DNA of 35,615 nt from the NCBI GenBank assembly GCA_030612085.1, contig JAUWOM010000002.1:1-35615 (forward strand). Direction: 5' to 3'. Both the position numbers and the translations under genes were made by a program. Each line of letters starts with the position of its first letter. The stretch's first letter is position 1. Below the pieces are notes generated by a model, which ran no database searches, was not told the DNA's origin, and saw only the letters and a program-made list of their open reading frames with translations. This document shows, piece after piece, positions 17,473 through 26,470 of the stretch. Source of the stretch: Actinomycetes bacterium. Lineage in GTDB: Bacteria > Actinomycetota > Humimicrobiia > JAHJRV01.

Positions 17473-17865
17473 TTGAACAAACTAGTATATGTAGCTACAG
17501 GTAGGAGAAAAACATCTGTTGCAAGGGTGAGAATAATACCAGGTGAGGGTAAATTCAATATAAATGGAAGAAGTTTAGATGAGTATTTTCCACAAAAAGC
17601 TTTTAAAGAAACAGCATTAAAACCTTTAATTCTTACCCAGACAGAATTTCAATTCGATATCATGGTAAATGTTAATGGAGGGGGAATATCGAGTCAATCA
17701 GGTGCAATTGCTCATGGAATATCAAGAGCATTGCTTGAAGCTAATGCGGATTACAGACAATTACTTAAAAAAGAAGGACTATTAACCAGAGATCCAAGGA
17801 TGAAAGAAAGAAAAAAATATGGTTTAAAGAAAGCAAGGAAAGCACCTCAATTTTCTAAGAGATAA
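17473..17865 (+). CDS. rpsI: 30S ribosomal protein S9
   Basis: [33 protein letters not shown] and the C-terminal KAPQFSKR match S9. TTG start follows AGGAGG. Confidence 0.95.
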   Translation: MNKLVYVATGRRKTSVARVRIIPGEGKFNINGRSLDEYFPQKAFKETALKPLILTQTEFQFDIMVNVNGGGISSQSGAIAHGISRALLEANADYRQLLKKEGLLTRDPRMKERKKYGLKKARKAPQFSKR

Positions 17866-17915
17866 TAATATCTGTATTAAATAAACTGAACTAATTAATT
17901 TTTTAATAAATTAAA

Positions 17916-17952
17916 ATAAGCGTCTATATAAAAAATGACGCTTATTTATTTT
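17916..17952 (+). terminator. candidate intrinsic terminator closing the ribosomal supercluster
   Basis: ATAAGCGTC (17916-17924) pairs with GACGCTTAT (17937-17945) across a 12-nt loop, followed by TTATTTT. It is 50 nt after the rpsI stop. Confidence 0.6.
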
Positions 17953-17973
17953 AAATATTAAAAGGAGATTTAT

Positions 17974-19344
17974 TTGCCAAAACTTTTTGGAACAGATGGG
18001 GTAAGAGGTATAGTAAATACAGAGCTAACACGTGAACTTGCTACAAAAATTGGATTTGCAGGAGCACAAGAGTTAGCCAAATTAGGAGAATATTTAGTAA
18101 TAGGTAAGGATAATCGTCCTTCTTCTGATATGATTGAAACAGCTGTAACTGCTGGAATATGTTCAGCAGGTGTTAATGTTATAAAACTTGGAATAATCCC
18201 TACTTCTGCAATACCTTTCTTTATAAAAAAAGTATCTTCATCTGGTGGTGTGATGATATCAGCCTCTCACAATCCTCCTGAATATAATGGAATTAAGTTT
18301 TTCTCCAGTAGTGGTTTTAAGTTAGATGAAAAAACAGAAGAAAAAATTGAAAAAAGGATAGACAAAATAGATAAAATCAAACGAATGAAATTTGGAGAGA
18401 ATGCAGAAATAATTAGCTATAAACCATCTGATAATGATATAGGAAGAGTAATTGATAGAAGTGATTTAATAGATAGTTATATAGATTTCTTAGTTGAACA
18501 ATATCCACTAAATCTAAGGGGTATAAAAATTGCTATAGATTGTGCAAATGGTGTTACTACTTTTATAGCTCCTAAAATATATGGACAATTGGGAGCAACC
18601 TTATCAATTAATAATAATGAAAGATCAGGTAAGAATATAAATTGTATGTGTGGCTCAACATTTCCTAAAAATATTTGCAGTATAGTCAAAAAGACTAAAT
18701 CAGATGTTGGTTTTGCTTTTGATGGAGACGGGGATAGATTGATAGTTGCTGATGAAAAAGGAAATATATTAGATGGTGAATATATTATGGCAATTATTGC
18801 TAATTTCCTGAAATCTGAGAAGAAACTTAAGAAAAATATACTTATCACAACTACAATGGCTAATTTAGGATTTATTCAAGCCATGAATGATATAGAAATT
18901 GAAGTCTTAACTACAGATGTTGGTGATAGGTTTATATTGCAGGAAATGTTAAAAAGTGATGTTTCAATTGGTGGAGAACAATCAGGGCATATAATATTGC
19001 TGGATAAATATACAACTGGAGATGGAATATTAACTTCTTTAGCCCTACTTAATGTTTTAGTTAAGCAAAAACAACCACTTTCAGAGCTTTCCAGAATAAT
19101 GAAAAAGTATCCACAGGTTTTGATAAATGTTAATGTAAAGGATAAATCAAAATTATCTCAAGCTAAACATTTCTGGGAGAAGGTAAAGGAGTTTGAAAAG
19201 GTGCTTGATAAAGATGAAAACAAAGGAAGAATATTGGTAAGACCATCAGGTACAGAATCAGTTATAAGGATAATGGTTGAAAGCACATCAGAAAAATTAA
19301 CAAATTCCATTGCAAAACAACTTGCCTCCCTTATTAACTTTTAA
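17974..19344 (+). CDS. glmM: phosphoglucosamine mutase
   Basis: MPKLFGTDGVRG, the phosphoserine loop SASHNPPEYNGIKFF and the metal loop DGDGDR. TTG start follows AAGGAG. Confidence 0.92.
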   Translation: MPKLFGTDGVRGIVNTELTRELATKIGFAGAQELAKLGEYLVIGKDNRPSSDMIETAVTAGICSAGVNVIKLGIIPTSAIPFFIKKVSSSGGVMISASHNPPEYNGIKFFSSSGFKLDEKTEEKIEKRIDKIDKIKRMKFGENAEIISYKPSDNDIGRVIDRSDLIDSYIDFLVEQYPLNLRGIKIAIDCANGVTTFIAPKIYGQLGATLSINNNERSGKNINCMCGSTFPKNICSIVKKTKSDVGFAFDGDGDRLIVADEKGNILDGEYIMAIIANFLKSEKKLKKNILITTTMANLGFIQAMNDIEIEVLTTDVGDRFILQEMLKSDVSIGGEQSGHIILLDKYTTGDGILTSLALLNVLVKQKQPLSELSRIMKKYPQVLINVNVKDKSKLSQAKHFWEKVKEFEKVLDKDENKGRILVRPSGTESVIRIMVESTSEKLTNSIAKQLASLINF

Positions 19345-19443
19345 AATTTTTATACCATAGAATAATTATCTCTACTAGAAGATTTATGAGTATTTATAAT
19401 TTTAAAGGAGAATCTCATAAATAAATGAATATAAGAATTGTAT

Positions 19444-19472
19444 TTGACATTACGATAATTGATTGATATATT
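19444..19472 (+). promoter_or_regulatory. candidate sigma-70-type promoter (TTGACA, 17-nt spacer, TATATT) about 420 nt upstream of glnA
   Basis: TTGACA at 19444-19449, an exact 17-nt spacer, then TATATT at 19467-19472. The AT-rich background raises the chance of a false hit. Confidence 0.45.
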
Positions 19473-19892
19473 TTGAGATATGTAAAATTTATTAATATTA
19501 ATGGGAGGCGATGTATTTAGAGTTAGAAGAAAGATAAAGGGAAGAAAGCGCATGGACTGAGATTTTAATAATTAATATTATTTATATTTCAGTTGACGAG
19601 GAGGAGGTTTACTGTTGCAAAACAGTATTAACTGATAAATAAAAAAAATATTTATCAGGAAAATCGAGAGATCAGCGGAAGCCTCTTAGGGATATTAGCA
19701 TCTCTAATCTTTCCCCAAAAAGTAATCTCACAAAACCAGTAGGTGACTATTGGGACAAAAAGATCTATAGTTATCAATAAGTAACATAGTACTTAAAACA
19801 TATGTAGAAAAACCTTTTATACAACGATTCCATAAAAAATTCACTTTTTCTATATATCTATTAAAAAATAATAAATAGTCAGGAGAGTAAAA

Positions 19893-21224
19893 ATGGTTAT
19901 AAAAGATAAAAAATATGTTCTTAAGAAGGTAAAAGAGGAAGATGTAAGATTTATCAGATTATGGTTTACAGATATTCTTGGATTTCTAAAAAGTGTAACT
20001 ATAACTACCAATGAATTGGAAAAATCATTAGAAGAAGGCACTGGATTTGATGGCTCATCAATTCATGGGTTTACAAGAATTGATGAAAGCGATATGATCG
20101 CCATGCCTGACCCTCAAACTTTTCAGATTCTTCCATGGAAGACAAAAGATAAACTTGTTGCAAGGATGTTTTGTGATATTTTAGAACCAGATAAATCTTT
20201 TCATAAAGGTGACCCGAGATGGGTTTTAAAAAAGAACCTAAAATATGCAAAAGATATGGGTTATACATTCTTTGTCGGACCGGAACTTGAATATTTTTAT
20301 TTTAAAAACTCTGATAGTGAACCTCAAGGTCTGGATGATGGAGGATATTTTGATTTAACACCCCCAGATGTTGCAACAGATCTATGTAAAGAGACAATAT
20401 TATCACTTCAAGCGTTACAAATTGAGGTGGAGTCGAGTCATCATGAAGGAGCTCCTAGCCAACATGAAATAGACCTTAAGTTTACTGAAGCTTTAACTAT
20501 GGCAGATAATACTATGACCTCTAGATTAGTAGTAAAGGAGGTAGCAGTTCAAAATGGTGTTTACGCAACTTTTATGCCTAAACCTGTATTTGGAATAAAT
20601 GGAAGTGGTATGCACACTCATATGTCTATTTATAAAGATGGTAAGAATATTTTCTTTGATCCAGATGATAAATACAAGCTTTCAATTGAAGCTAAAATAT
20701 TTATAGCAGGACTCCTTAGACATGCTCCTGAAATAACCTTAGTAACCAATCAATGGGTTAATTCATATAAGAGATTAACTCCAGGATACGAAGCTCCAGT
20801 TTATCTGTCCTGGGCTTTGCGCAATAGATCTGATTTGATTAGAGTTCCTGTTTACAGGTATGGTCAGGAACAGGCAACTCGGGTAGAATATCGAGCACCT
20901 GATCCTGCTTGTAATCCATATTTAGCATTTTCAGTAATGTTGGCTGCAGGACTTAAAGGTATTGAAGAAGAATATGACTTAATTCCACCAGTAGAGAGAA
21001 ATGTTTATGAGATGACTGATGAAGAAAGGGAAAAAGAGGGGATAGGTTCTCTTCCAGAAAATCTTTTTGAAGCAATTGAATTTGCTGAAAAAAGTGAACT
21101 TGTTAGAGAAGCTTTGGGAGATCATGTCTTTGATAAATTTATTGAGAATAAAAAAATTGAATGGAATAATTATAGAACCCAGGTGACAGATTATGAGGTA
21201 AAGCGATACCTTCCTATACTTTAA
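19893..21224 (+). CDS. glnA: glutamine synthetase, type I (443 aa)
   Basis: FTDILG...FDGSSI, MHTHMS and NRSDLIRVP..RVEYRAPDP.CNPYL are GSI motifs. SD AGGAGA precedes the ATG. Confidence 0.93.
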   Translation: MVIKDKKYVLKKVKEEDVRFIRLWFTDILGFLKSVTITTNELEKSLEEGTGFDGSSIHGFTRIDESDMIAMPDPQTFQILPWKTKDKLVARMFCDILEPDKSFHKGDPRWVLKKNLKYAKDMGYTFFVGPELEYFYFKNSDSEPQGLDDGGYFDLTPPDVATDLCKETILSLQALQIEVESSHHEGAPSQHEIDLKFTEALTMADNTMTSRLVVKEVAVQNGVYATFMPKPVFGINGSGMHTHMSIYKDGKNIFFDPDDKYKLSIEAKIFIAGLLRHAPEITLVTNQWVNSYKRLTPGYEAPVYLSWALRNRSDLIRVPVYRYGQEQATRVEYRAPDPACNPYLAFSVMLAAGLKGIEEEYDLIPPVERNVYEMTDEEREKEGIGSLPENLFEAIEFAEKSELVREALGDHVFDKFIENKKIEWNNYRTQVTDYEVKRYLPIL

Positions 21225-21277
21225 AGGAACAGTCAATTTTTAAAAATTTGTTTGTTATTTAGCTAAAGGAGAAAAAT

Positions 21278-23113
21278 ATGTGTGGAATAATTGGATATGT
21301 TGGAGAAAAAGACTGTGCTTCAATATTGCTAAATGGATTAAAAAGACTTGAATATAGAGGCTATGACTCATCAGGAATAGCTGTATTAAATAGTGTCAAT
21401 GATAAAAATGAAATTTCCATGATCAGGAGAGTAGGTAATTTGAAAAAATTAGAAAAAGCCTTATCAGAAGTTGAAATGAAAGGTAGTTTGGGAATTGGTC
21501 ATACGAGATGGGCTACTCACGGGAAACCTCACAGACTTAATGCACATCCTCATTCAGACTGTAAAAATGAGATCCTTTTGGTTCATAATGGAATTATTGA
21601 GAATTATGAACCACTCAGGAAGGAGTTAGTTTTGAAAGGACATAAATTTGTCTCAGAAACAGATACTGAGGTGCTTGTTCATTTAGTTGAGGAGTTATAT
21701 AAAGATGATTTGGTAGAAGCTGTTAAAGAGACATTAAAAAGAGTGGAAGGTTCTTATGCGATAGTAGTGATGAGTATCAAATGTCCTAATCAACTGGTTG
21801 GAGCAAGATATGACAGCCCATTGGTTGTGGGATTAGGTGATGATGAGAATTTCCTTGTATCAGATATGCCAGCAGTTCTTGAACATACAAATAAATTTCT
21901 AATAATTGATCAGGGAGAGATAGTAAATGTTACTAAAGGTAAAGTAGAAATATATGATAGGAATGGTAATAAAATCAATAAAAAACCATATAAGACTAAT
22001 TGGGATATATCTTTGGCTGAAAAGGAGGGTTATGAGGATTTCATGTTAAAGGAGATTATGGAGCAACCTGTAGCTGTAAGGGAAACATATAGAGCTCACG
22101 TTTATAAACATAAAATAAGTTTAGATGAGAGTAGTTTACCACTTGAAATTATAAAAAAAGCAAAGAAAATCTTTGTCATTGCTTGTGGAACATCTCTATT
22201 TGCAGGTTTTGTAGCAAAGGGAGTTATTGAAAAATTTGCTAAAATTACTGTTGACGTTGTAACTGCTTCAGAGTTTAGATATATGAATCCTATAATTCCT
22301 GATCCAAGCATTATAATAGCTATATCACAATCTGGTGAAACATTAGATACAATTGCTGGAATCAGGGAAGCAAAAAAGAAAAAAGCATGGGTTTTAGTTG
22401 TATCAAATGTGATGGAGAGTTCCGCAGTTAGAGAATCTGATGGAGCTATGTATACTTTTGCTGGTCCTGAAATAGGAGTAGCTGCTAGTAAAACACACAC
22501 ATCACAGATTATGGTAAGTTATTTATTAGCCCTTTATTTAGCCAAGATTAGAGGTACAATTACTGAGGATGAGATTGCTTTTCACTTAGAAACATTAAAA
22601 GGAGTTCCAGATAAGATAAAATCAGTGTTAGATAATCATGATAAGATAAAAGAGCTTGCAGATATATATCATAAATTTCCAAATTTTATATTTATTGGAA
22701 GGAAATTTGGTTTACCTGCCGTTATGGAAGGTGCATTAAAATTAAAAGAGATATCATATATACACGCCGAGGCATATCCAGCAGGAGAGATGAAACATGG
22801 TCCTATTGCCCTTGTAGGAGAGAATTGTCCAGTAGTAGCTATTGTTAATAAGTCAAGCATATATAGCAAGATAATTAGTAACATTAATGAGGTGAAAGCA
22901 AGGGGCGCTTCTGTTCTAGCGTTAGCTACAATTGGTGATAGCAAAATAAAGAATTTAGCAGATCATGTTATAGAAGTTCCTGAGATACCTGAGGAATTCT
23001 CTGCTATTATAAATGTAGTACCACTACAACTTTTTGCTTATGAAGTAGCAAAGAAACTTGGGTGTAATGTGGATCAACCAAGAAACTTAGCAAAAACAGT
23101 TACAGTAGAGTAA
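21278..23113 (+). CDS. glmS: glutamine--fructose-6-phosphate aminotransferase (isomerizing)
   Basis: N-terminal nucleophile MCGIIGYVG, two SIS domains and the C-terminus NLAKTVTVE. Confidence 0.96.
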   Translation: MCGIIGYVGEKDCASILLNGLKRLEYRGYDSSGIAVLNSVNDKNEISMIRRVGNLKKLEKALSEVEMKGSLGIGHTRWATHGKPHRLNAHPHSDCKNEILLVHNGIIENYEPLRKELVLKGHKFVSETDTEVLVHLVEELYKDDLVEAVKETLKRVEGSYAIVVMSIKCPNQLVGARYDSPLVVGLGDDENFLVSDMPAVLEHTNKFLIIDQGEIVNVTKGKVEIYDRNGNKINKKPYKTNWDISLAEKEGYEDFMLKEIMEQPVAVRETYRAHVYKHKISLDESSLPLEIIKKAKKIFVIACGTSLFAGFVAKGVIEKFAKITVDVVTASEFRYMNPIIPDPSIIIAISQSGETLDTIAGIREAKKKKAWVLVVSNVMESSAVRESDGAMYTFAGPEIGVAASKTHTSQIMVSYLLALYLAKIRGTITEDEIAFHLETLKGVPDKIKSVLDNHDKIKELADIYHKFPNFIFIGRKFGLPAVMEGALKLKEISYIHAEAYPAGEMKHGPIALVGENCPVVAIVNKSSIYSKIISNINEVKARGASVLALATIGDSKIKNLADHVIEVPEIPEEFSAIINVVPLQLFAYEVAKKLGCNVDQPRNLAKTVTVE

Positions 23114-23117
23114 TATA

Positions 23118-23522
23118 ATGAAAGATAATTTTAATATATTAGGAATAGGAATAGATTTAGTTGAAGTTGATAGGATTAAAAGGTTAATAAATAAGTACCC
23201 CAAATTTTTAAATAGATTTTTTACTAAAAACGAAATCAATTATTGTAATGACAAAAAAAACAGATATATTCATTTTGCTGGAAGATTTGCAGCTAAGGAA
23301 GCAGTTATTAAATCCATAGGAGTAGGAAATAAATCCTTAAAATTAAAAGAGATTGAGATTAATAATATGAGTAATACTAATAATAATTCGATTCCAAAAG
23401 TTATACTACACGGTTCTGCTCTTAGCCTTGCTAATAAAAGGGATATAGAAGAAATTTTAATTAGTATTACTCATACAAAAGAATATGCTATTGCTATAGC
23501 TTATGCAAGAGGTATAAGATGA
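23118..23522 (+). CDS. acpS: holo-[acyl-carrier-protein] synthase
   Basis: GIGIDLVEVDRI and FAAKEAVIKS match AcpS. It carries an N-rich insertion (NNMSNTNNNS). Confidence 0.88.
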   Translation: MKDNFNILGIGIDLVEVDRIKRLINKYPKFLNRFFTKNEINYCNDKKNRYIHFAGRFAAKEAVIKSIGVGNKSLKLKEIEINNMSNTNNNSIPKVILHGSALSLANKRDIEEILISITHTKEYAIAIAYARGIR

Positions 23523-23655
23523 GTAAAAATAATTATTTTATTATTGCTGCAATAATTCTAAATGTTTTAAACTTATTAAAAAATAATATCTCGGACTTCT
23601 AATTGTTTTAAGATTTTACTAAATAAATTATTAAAATTTATATGAAAGGTATTAA

Positions 23656-25218
23656 ATGAGTATAAACAAGGTTCTAACTGGTTATGAGATGGTTGAAATT
23701 GATAAGATTGCAGTTAAAAGAGGAATAAAAGCATTGGATTTAATGGAAAAAGCTGGGCAGAAGGTTGCCAATATTGCAAAAAAGGAATTAGAAGATTTTG
23801 GGAAAAAAAATGTTTTAGCTGTTTGTGGTAAAGGAAATAATGGAGGAGATGGTTTTGTAGCATCCTCTATACTTCATAGTAAAGGTTTAAATGTTATAAC
23901 TTACTATATTGGTGAGCCAGAAGAGCTAAGGGAACCTTCAAAGACAAGCTTTAAAAAAGTGAAGTTATCTGGACTTACTATAAAGAAAATAGAAAAAGAT
24001 TTAATCTCATTTAAGAAAGACTTAAAAAATTGTGATTTTGTTATTGATGCAATTTTTGGAACTGGCTTAAAAAGACCTGTTAAAGGAATATATTTAGATA
24101 TAATAAATCTTATAAATAATGCTAATAAACATGTTTTATCAATAGATATTCCATCTGGAATAAACGGAGATACTGGTGAGGTTTTCAAAGTAGCAATAAA
24201 AGCAAATACTACAGTTACATTGCAGACTTATAAATTTGGACTTTTAAACTATCCAGGAGCAAGTTATGTAGGAGATATAAAATGTGTAGACATAGGAATA
24301 CCTCAAGGTTTGGTAGATAAATATTGTAAGATTTTTTTCATTGATGATGAGTGGGTTTTAAAAAGACTTCCAAAAAGAAAAGCATATGCTCACAAAGGTG
24401 ACGCGGGAAAGCTTTTTGTTATAGCAGGCTCACCTGGTTTTACAGGAGCAGCTTATATGTGTTCTATGTCAGCTCTTATAGGTGGAGCTGGTGTTGTAAC
24501 AATAGCAATTCCTGAGGGATTAAATACAGTAATGGAAACCAAATTAACCGAGGTAATGACATTACCACTTCCTCAAACAAAAGATGGAACCTTAGCTATT
24601 TCAGCTCTACCAATAATAATGGATGCAATTAAAGGATTTGATTGTATTGCAATAGGACCAGGTATTTCATTAAATGAAGAAACCTCAGTGTTAGTTAAAT
24701 CTTTAGTAAAAGATTTGAGGATTCCAATAGTAATAGACGCTGATGCTCTTACAATATTATCTGAAAATATAGAAATCTTAAAAGATTCAAAAGCTCCAAT
24801 AATAATTACTCCTCATCCAGGGGAATTGTCCAGACTATTGCATATTACTAAAGTAAACTTAAAGGATAGATTAGAGTTAAATCGAGAGATCTCAAAGAAT
24901 ATTGGAAAAATCTCTGTTTTAAAAGGAGCCAGAACATTGGTTTCTAATCCTGAAGGTGAAACATTTATTAACTTAACTGGTAGTCCTGCTATGGCAACTG
25001 CTGGTTCTGGGGATATCTTGGTAGGATTAATTGCTTCACTTATAGTTCAAGGTGTCGGTCCCTATGATGCTGCTATAATGGGAACATATTTACATGGTCT
25101 TGCTGGAGATATGGCTGTGGAAGAGATTGGTCAGCGCTCTCTTATTGCAACAGATATAATGAACAAAATTCCAAAAACATTTTTAAGAATTGAAGGAACC
25201 TTCCCATTTACCGAATAA
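23656..25218 (+). CDS. nnr: bifunctional NAD(P)H-hydrate repair enzyme (epimerase / ADP-dependent dehydratase)
   Basis: N-terminal YjeF_N with CGKGNNGGDG. C-terminal carbohydrate-kinase-like domain with HKGD.G...GSGDIL.G. Confidence 0.88.
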   Translation: MSINKVLTGYEMVEIDKIAVKRGIKALDLMEKAGQKVANIAKKELEDFGKKNVLAVCGKGNNGGDGFVASSILHSKGLNVITYYIGEPEELREPSKTSFKKVKLSGLTIKKIEKDLISFKKDLKNCDFVIDAIFGTGLKRPVKGIYLDIINLINNANKHVLSIDIPSGINGDTGEVFKVAIKANTTVTLQTYKFGLLNYPGASYVGDIKCVDIGIPQGLVDKYCKIFFIDDEWVLKRLPKRKAYAHKGDAGKLFVIAGSPGFTGAAYMCSMSALIGGAGVVTIAIPEGLNTVMETKLTEVMTLPLPQTKDGTLAISALPIIMDAIKGFDCIAIGPGISLNEETSVLVKSLVKDLRIPIVIDADALTILSENIEILKDSKAPIIITPHPGELSRLLHITKVNLKDRLELNREISKNIGKISVLKGARTLVSNPEGETFINLTGSPAMATAGSGDILVGLIASLIVQGVGPYDAAIMGTYLHGLAGDMAVEEIGQRSLIATDIMNKIPKTFLRIEGTFPFTE

Positions 25219-25247
25219 TTTAATTTTTTGATTTAGAAAGAGGAAAT

Positions 25248-26381
25248 TTGGATTTTTATAGGCCTGTTTGGGCTGAGGTAAATGCAAATAATATTAAAGA
25301 TAACCTTAGGTTTATTAGAACCTTAATATCTAAAAGCACAAAAATAATGGCTGTTGTTAAAGCCAATGGGTACGGTCACGGTGTATTAAAAGTAGCTAAA
25401 GCAGCAATTGAAGCAGGGGTTGAAAGATTAGGTGTAGCATCAGTTGAAGAAGCATTAGAGCTTATAAATTATGATATTAAAGTTCCTATACAGTTATTAA
25501 GCCAACCACCTATATCATCTGTTAAGATAATAGTTGAAAATTCAACAATAAAAAAATCAATGATTAGCACTGTATATACTAAAAATTTTGTAAAAGCACT
25601 ATCAGAGGAAGCACATAATCAAAATAAAAAATGTTTAGTTCATGTAAAAGTTGATACTGGAATGCACAGAGTTGGAGCAAACATTAAAAATGTTTTAAAT
25701 TTGGTTAAATATATATCTACACTCTCAAATATAGAAATTGAGGGATTGTTTACCCATTTTGCCTGCGCTGATGATCCTGAAAATCCATATACATTATTAC
25801 AATTAAAGAGATTTATAGAATTAAAAGAAACTCTAAAAAAGAACAATTTTAAATTTAAAATATATCACTGCGCTAACTCAGCAGCTACATTAAATTTTTC
25901 ACAAACTCATATGGATATGATTAGGATAGGGATAGCAATGTATGGATTAAGGTCTTCAGAAAAGACTTTCTCATTACAAGTAAAGCCAGCACTCTCCTTA
26001 AAGGCAAAGATATCCTATTTAAAAACAGTGAAAAATGGAGAGGGAATTTCCTATGGATTAACATTTAAAACAAATAAAAAAAGTTTGATAGCTACTATAC
26101 CAATTGGTTATAGAGATGGATATTCCAGACAATTATCCAATAAGGGAGTGGTTTTGGTTAAAGGGAAAAGGGTTCCTGTAATTGGAAATGTCACAATGGA
26201 TCAGATAATGATAGATGTAACTGATATAGGTGAAGTTAAAATTGGAGATGAAGTGGTTATAATAGGAAATCAGGGAGAAGAAAAAATAGAAGTAAATGAG
26301 CTGTCAAAGATTTTAAATACAATTGATTATGAAATTGTATGTGGTATAACAAACAGAGTCCCCAGAATATACATAGAATAA
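25248..26381 (+). CDS. alr: alanine racemase
   Basis: PLP-lysine motif AVVKANGYGHG and the C-terminal IDYEIVCGI..RVPRIY. TTG start follows AGAGGA. Confidence 0.92.
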   Translation: MDFYRPVWAEVNANNIKDNLRFIRTLISKSTKIMAVVKANGYGHGVLKVAKAAIEAGVERLGVASVEEALELINYDIKVPIQLLSQPPISSVKIIVENSTIKKSMISTVYTKNFVKALSEEAHNQNKKCLVHVKVDTGMHRVGANIKNVLNLVKYISTLSNIEIEGLFTHFACADDPENPYTLLQLKRFIELKETLKKNNFKFKIYHCANSAATLNFSQTHMDMIRIGIAMYGLRSSEKTFSLQVKPALSLKAKISYLKTVKNGEGISYGLTFKTNKKSLIATIPIGYRDGYSRQLSNKGVVLVKGKRVPVIGNVTMDQIMIDVTDIGEVKIGDEVVIIGNQGEEKIEVNELSKILNTIDYEIVCGITNRVPRIYIE

Positions 26382-26470
26382 AAAAATTTTCCTCTTCATT
26401 AATTTAGTAAGATTAATTATATTTTTATATTTAGTTTTGGCAATTAAACATCTGGAAGAAAGGAAGCTTT

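Noticed and set aside
19382-19422. Hairpin ATTTATGAG...CTCATAAAT after glmM as a terminator
   Set aside because: The AT-rich 9-bp stem has a 23-nt loop and no following U-tract, so it is weak as an intrinsic terminator.
19350-19553. 67-aa minus-strand ORF in the glmM-glnA spacer
   Set aside because: Low-complexity, AT-driven composition, with no SD or recognisable domain. It overlaps the promoter-like site, so it is likely spurious.
19501-19560. 19-codon basic ORF (MGGDVFRVRRKIKGRKRMD) just downstream of the candidate promoter
   Set aside because: No SD precedes it. Short ORFs of this size are expected by chance, and I recognise no family. It stays only as a possible leader peptide.
19535-19705. 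Glutamine riboswitch (glnA RNA motif) or T-box in the glnA upstream region
   Set aside because: GCGGAAGCC and GGGAAGAAAGCGC loosely recall conserved riboswitch segments. They occur in the wrong order and lack the flanking pairing. No T-box sequence or specifier architecture was found. A covariance-model scan would settle it.
21225-21277. glmS ribozyme upstream of glmS
   Set aside because: The spacer is only 53 nt and AT-rich, far too short for the ribozyme of roughly 170 nt or more. No conserved core is visible.
23519-23602. 27-codon hydrophobic ORF (MSKNNYFIIAAIILNVLNLLKNNISDF) overlapping the acpS stop by ATGA
   Set aside because: ATGA coupling is suggestive, but there is no independent support. 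It is too short to distinguish from chance. It could be tested by ribosome profiling.
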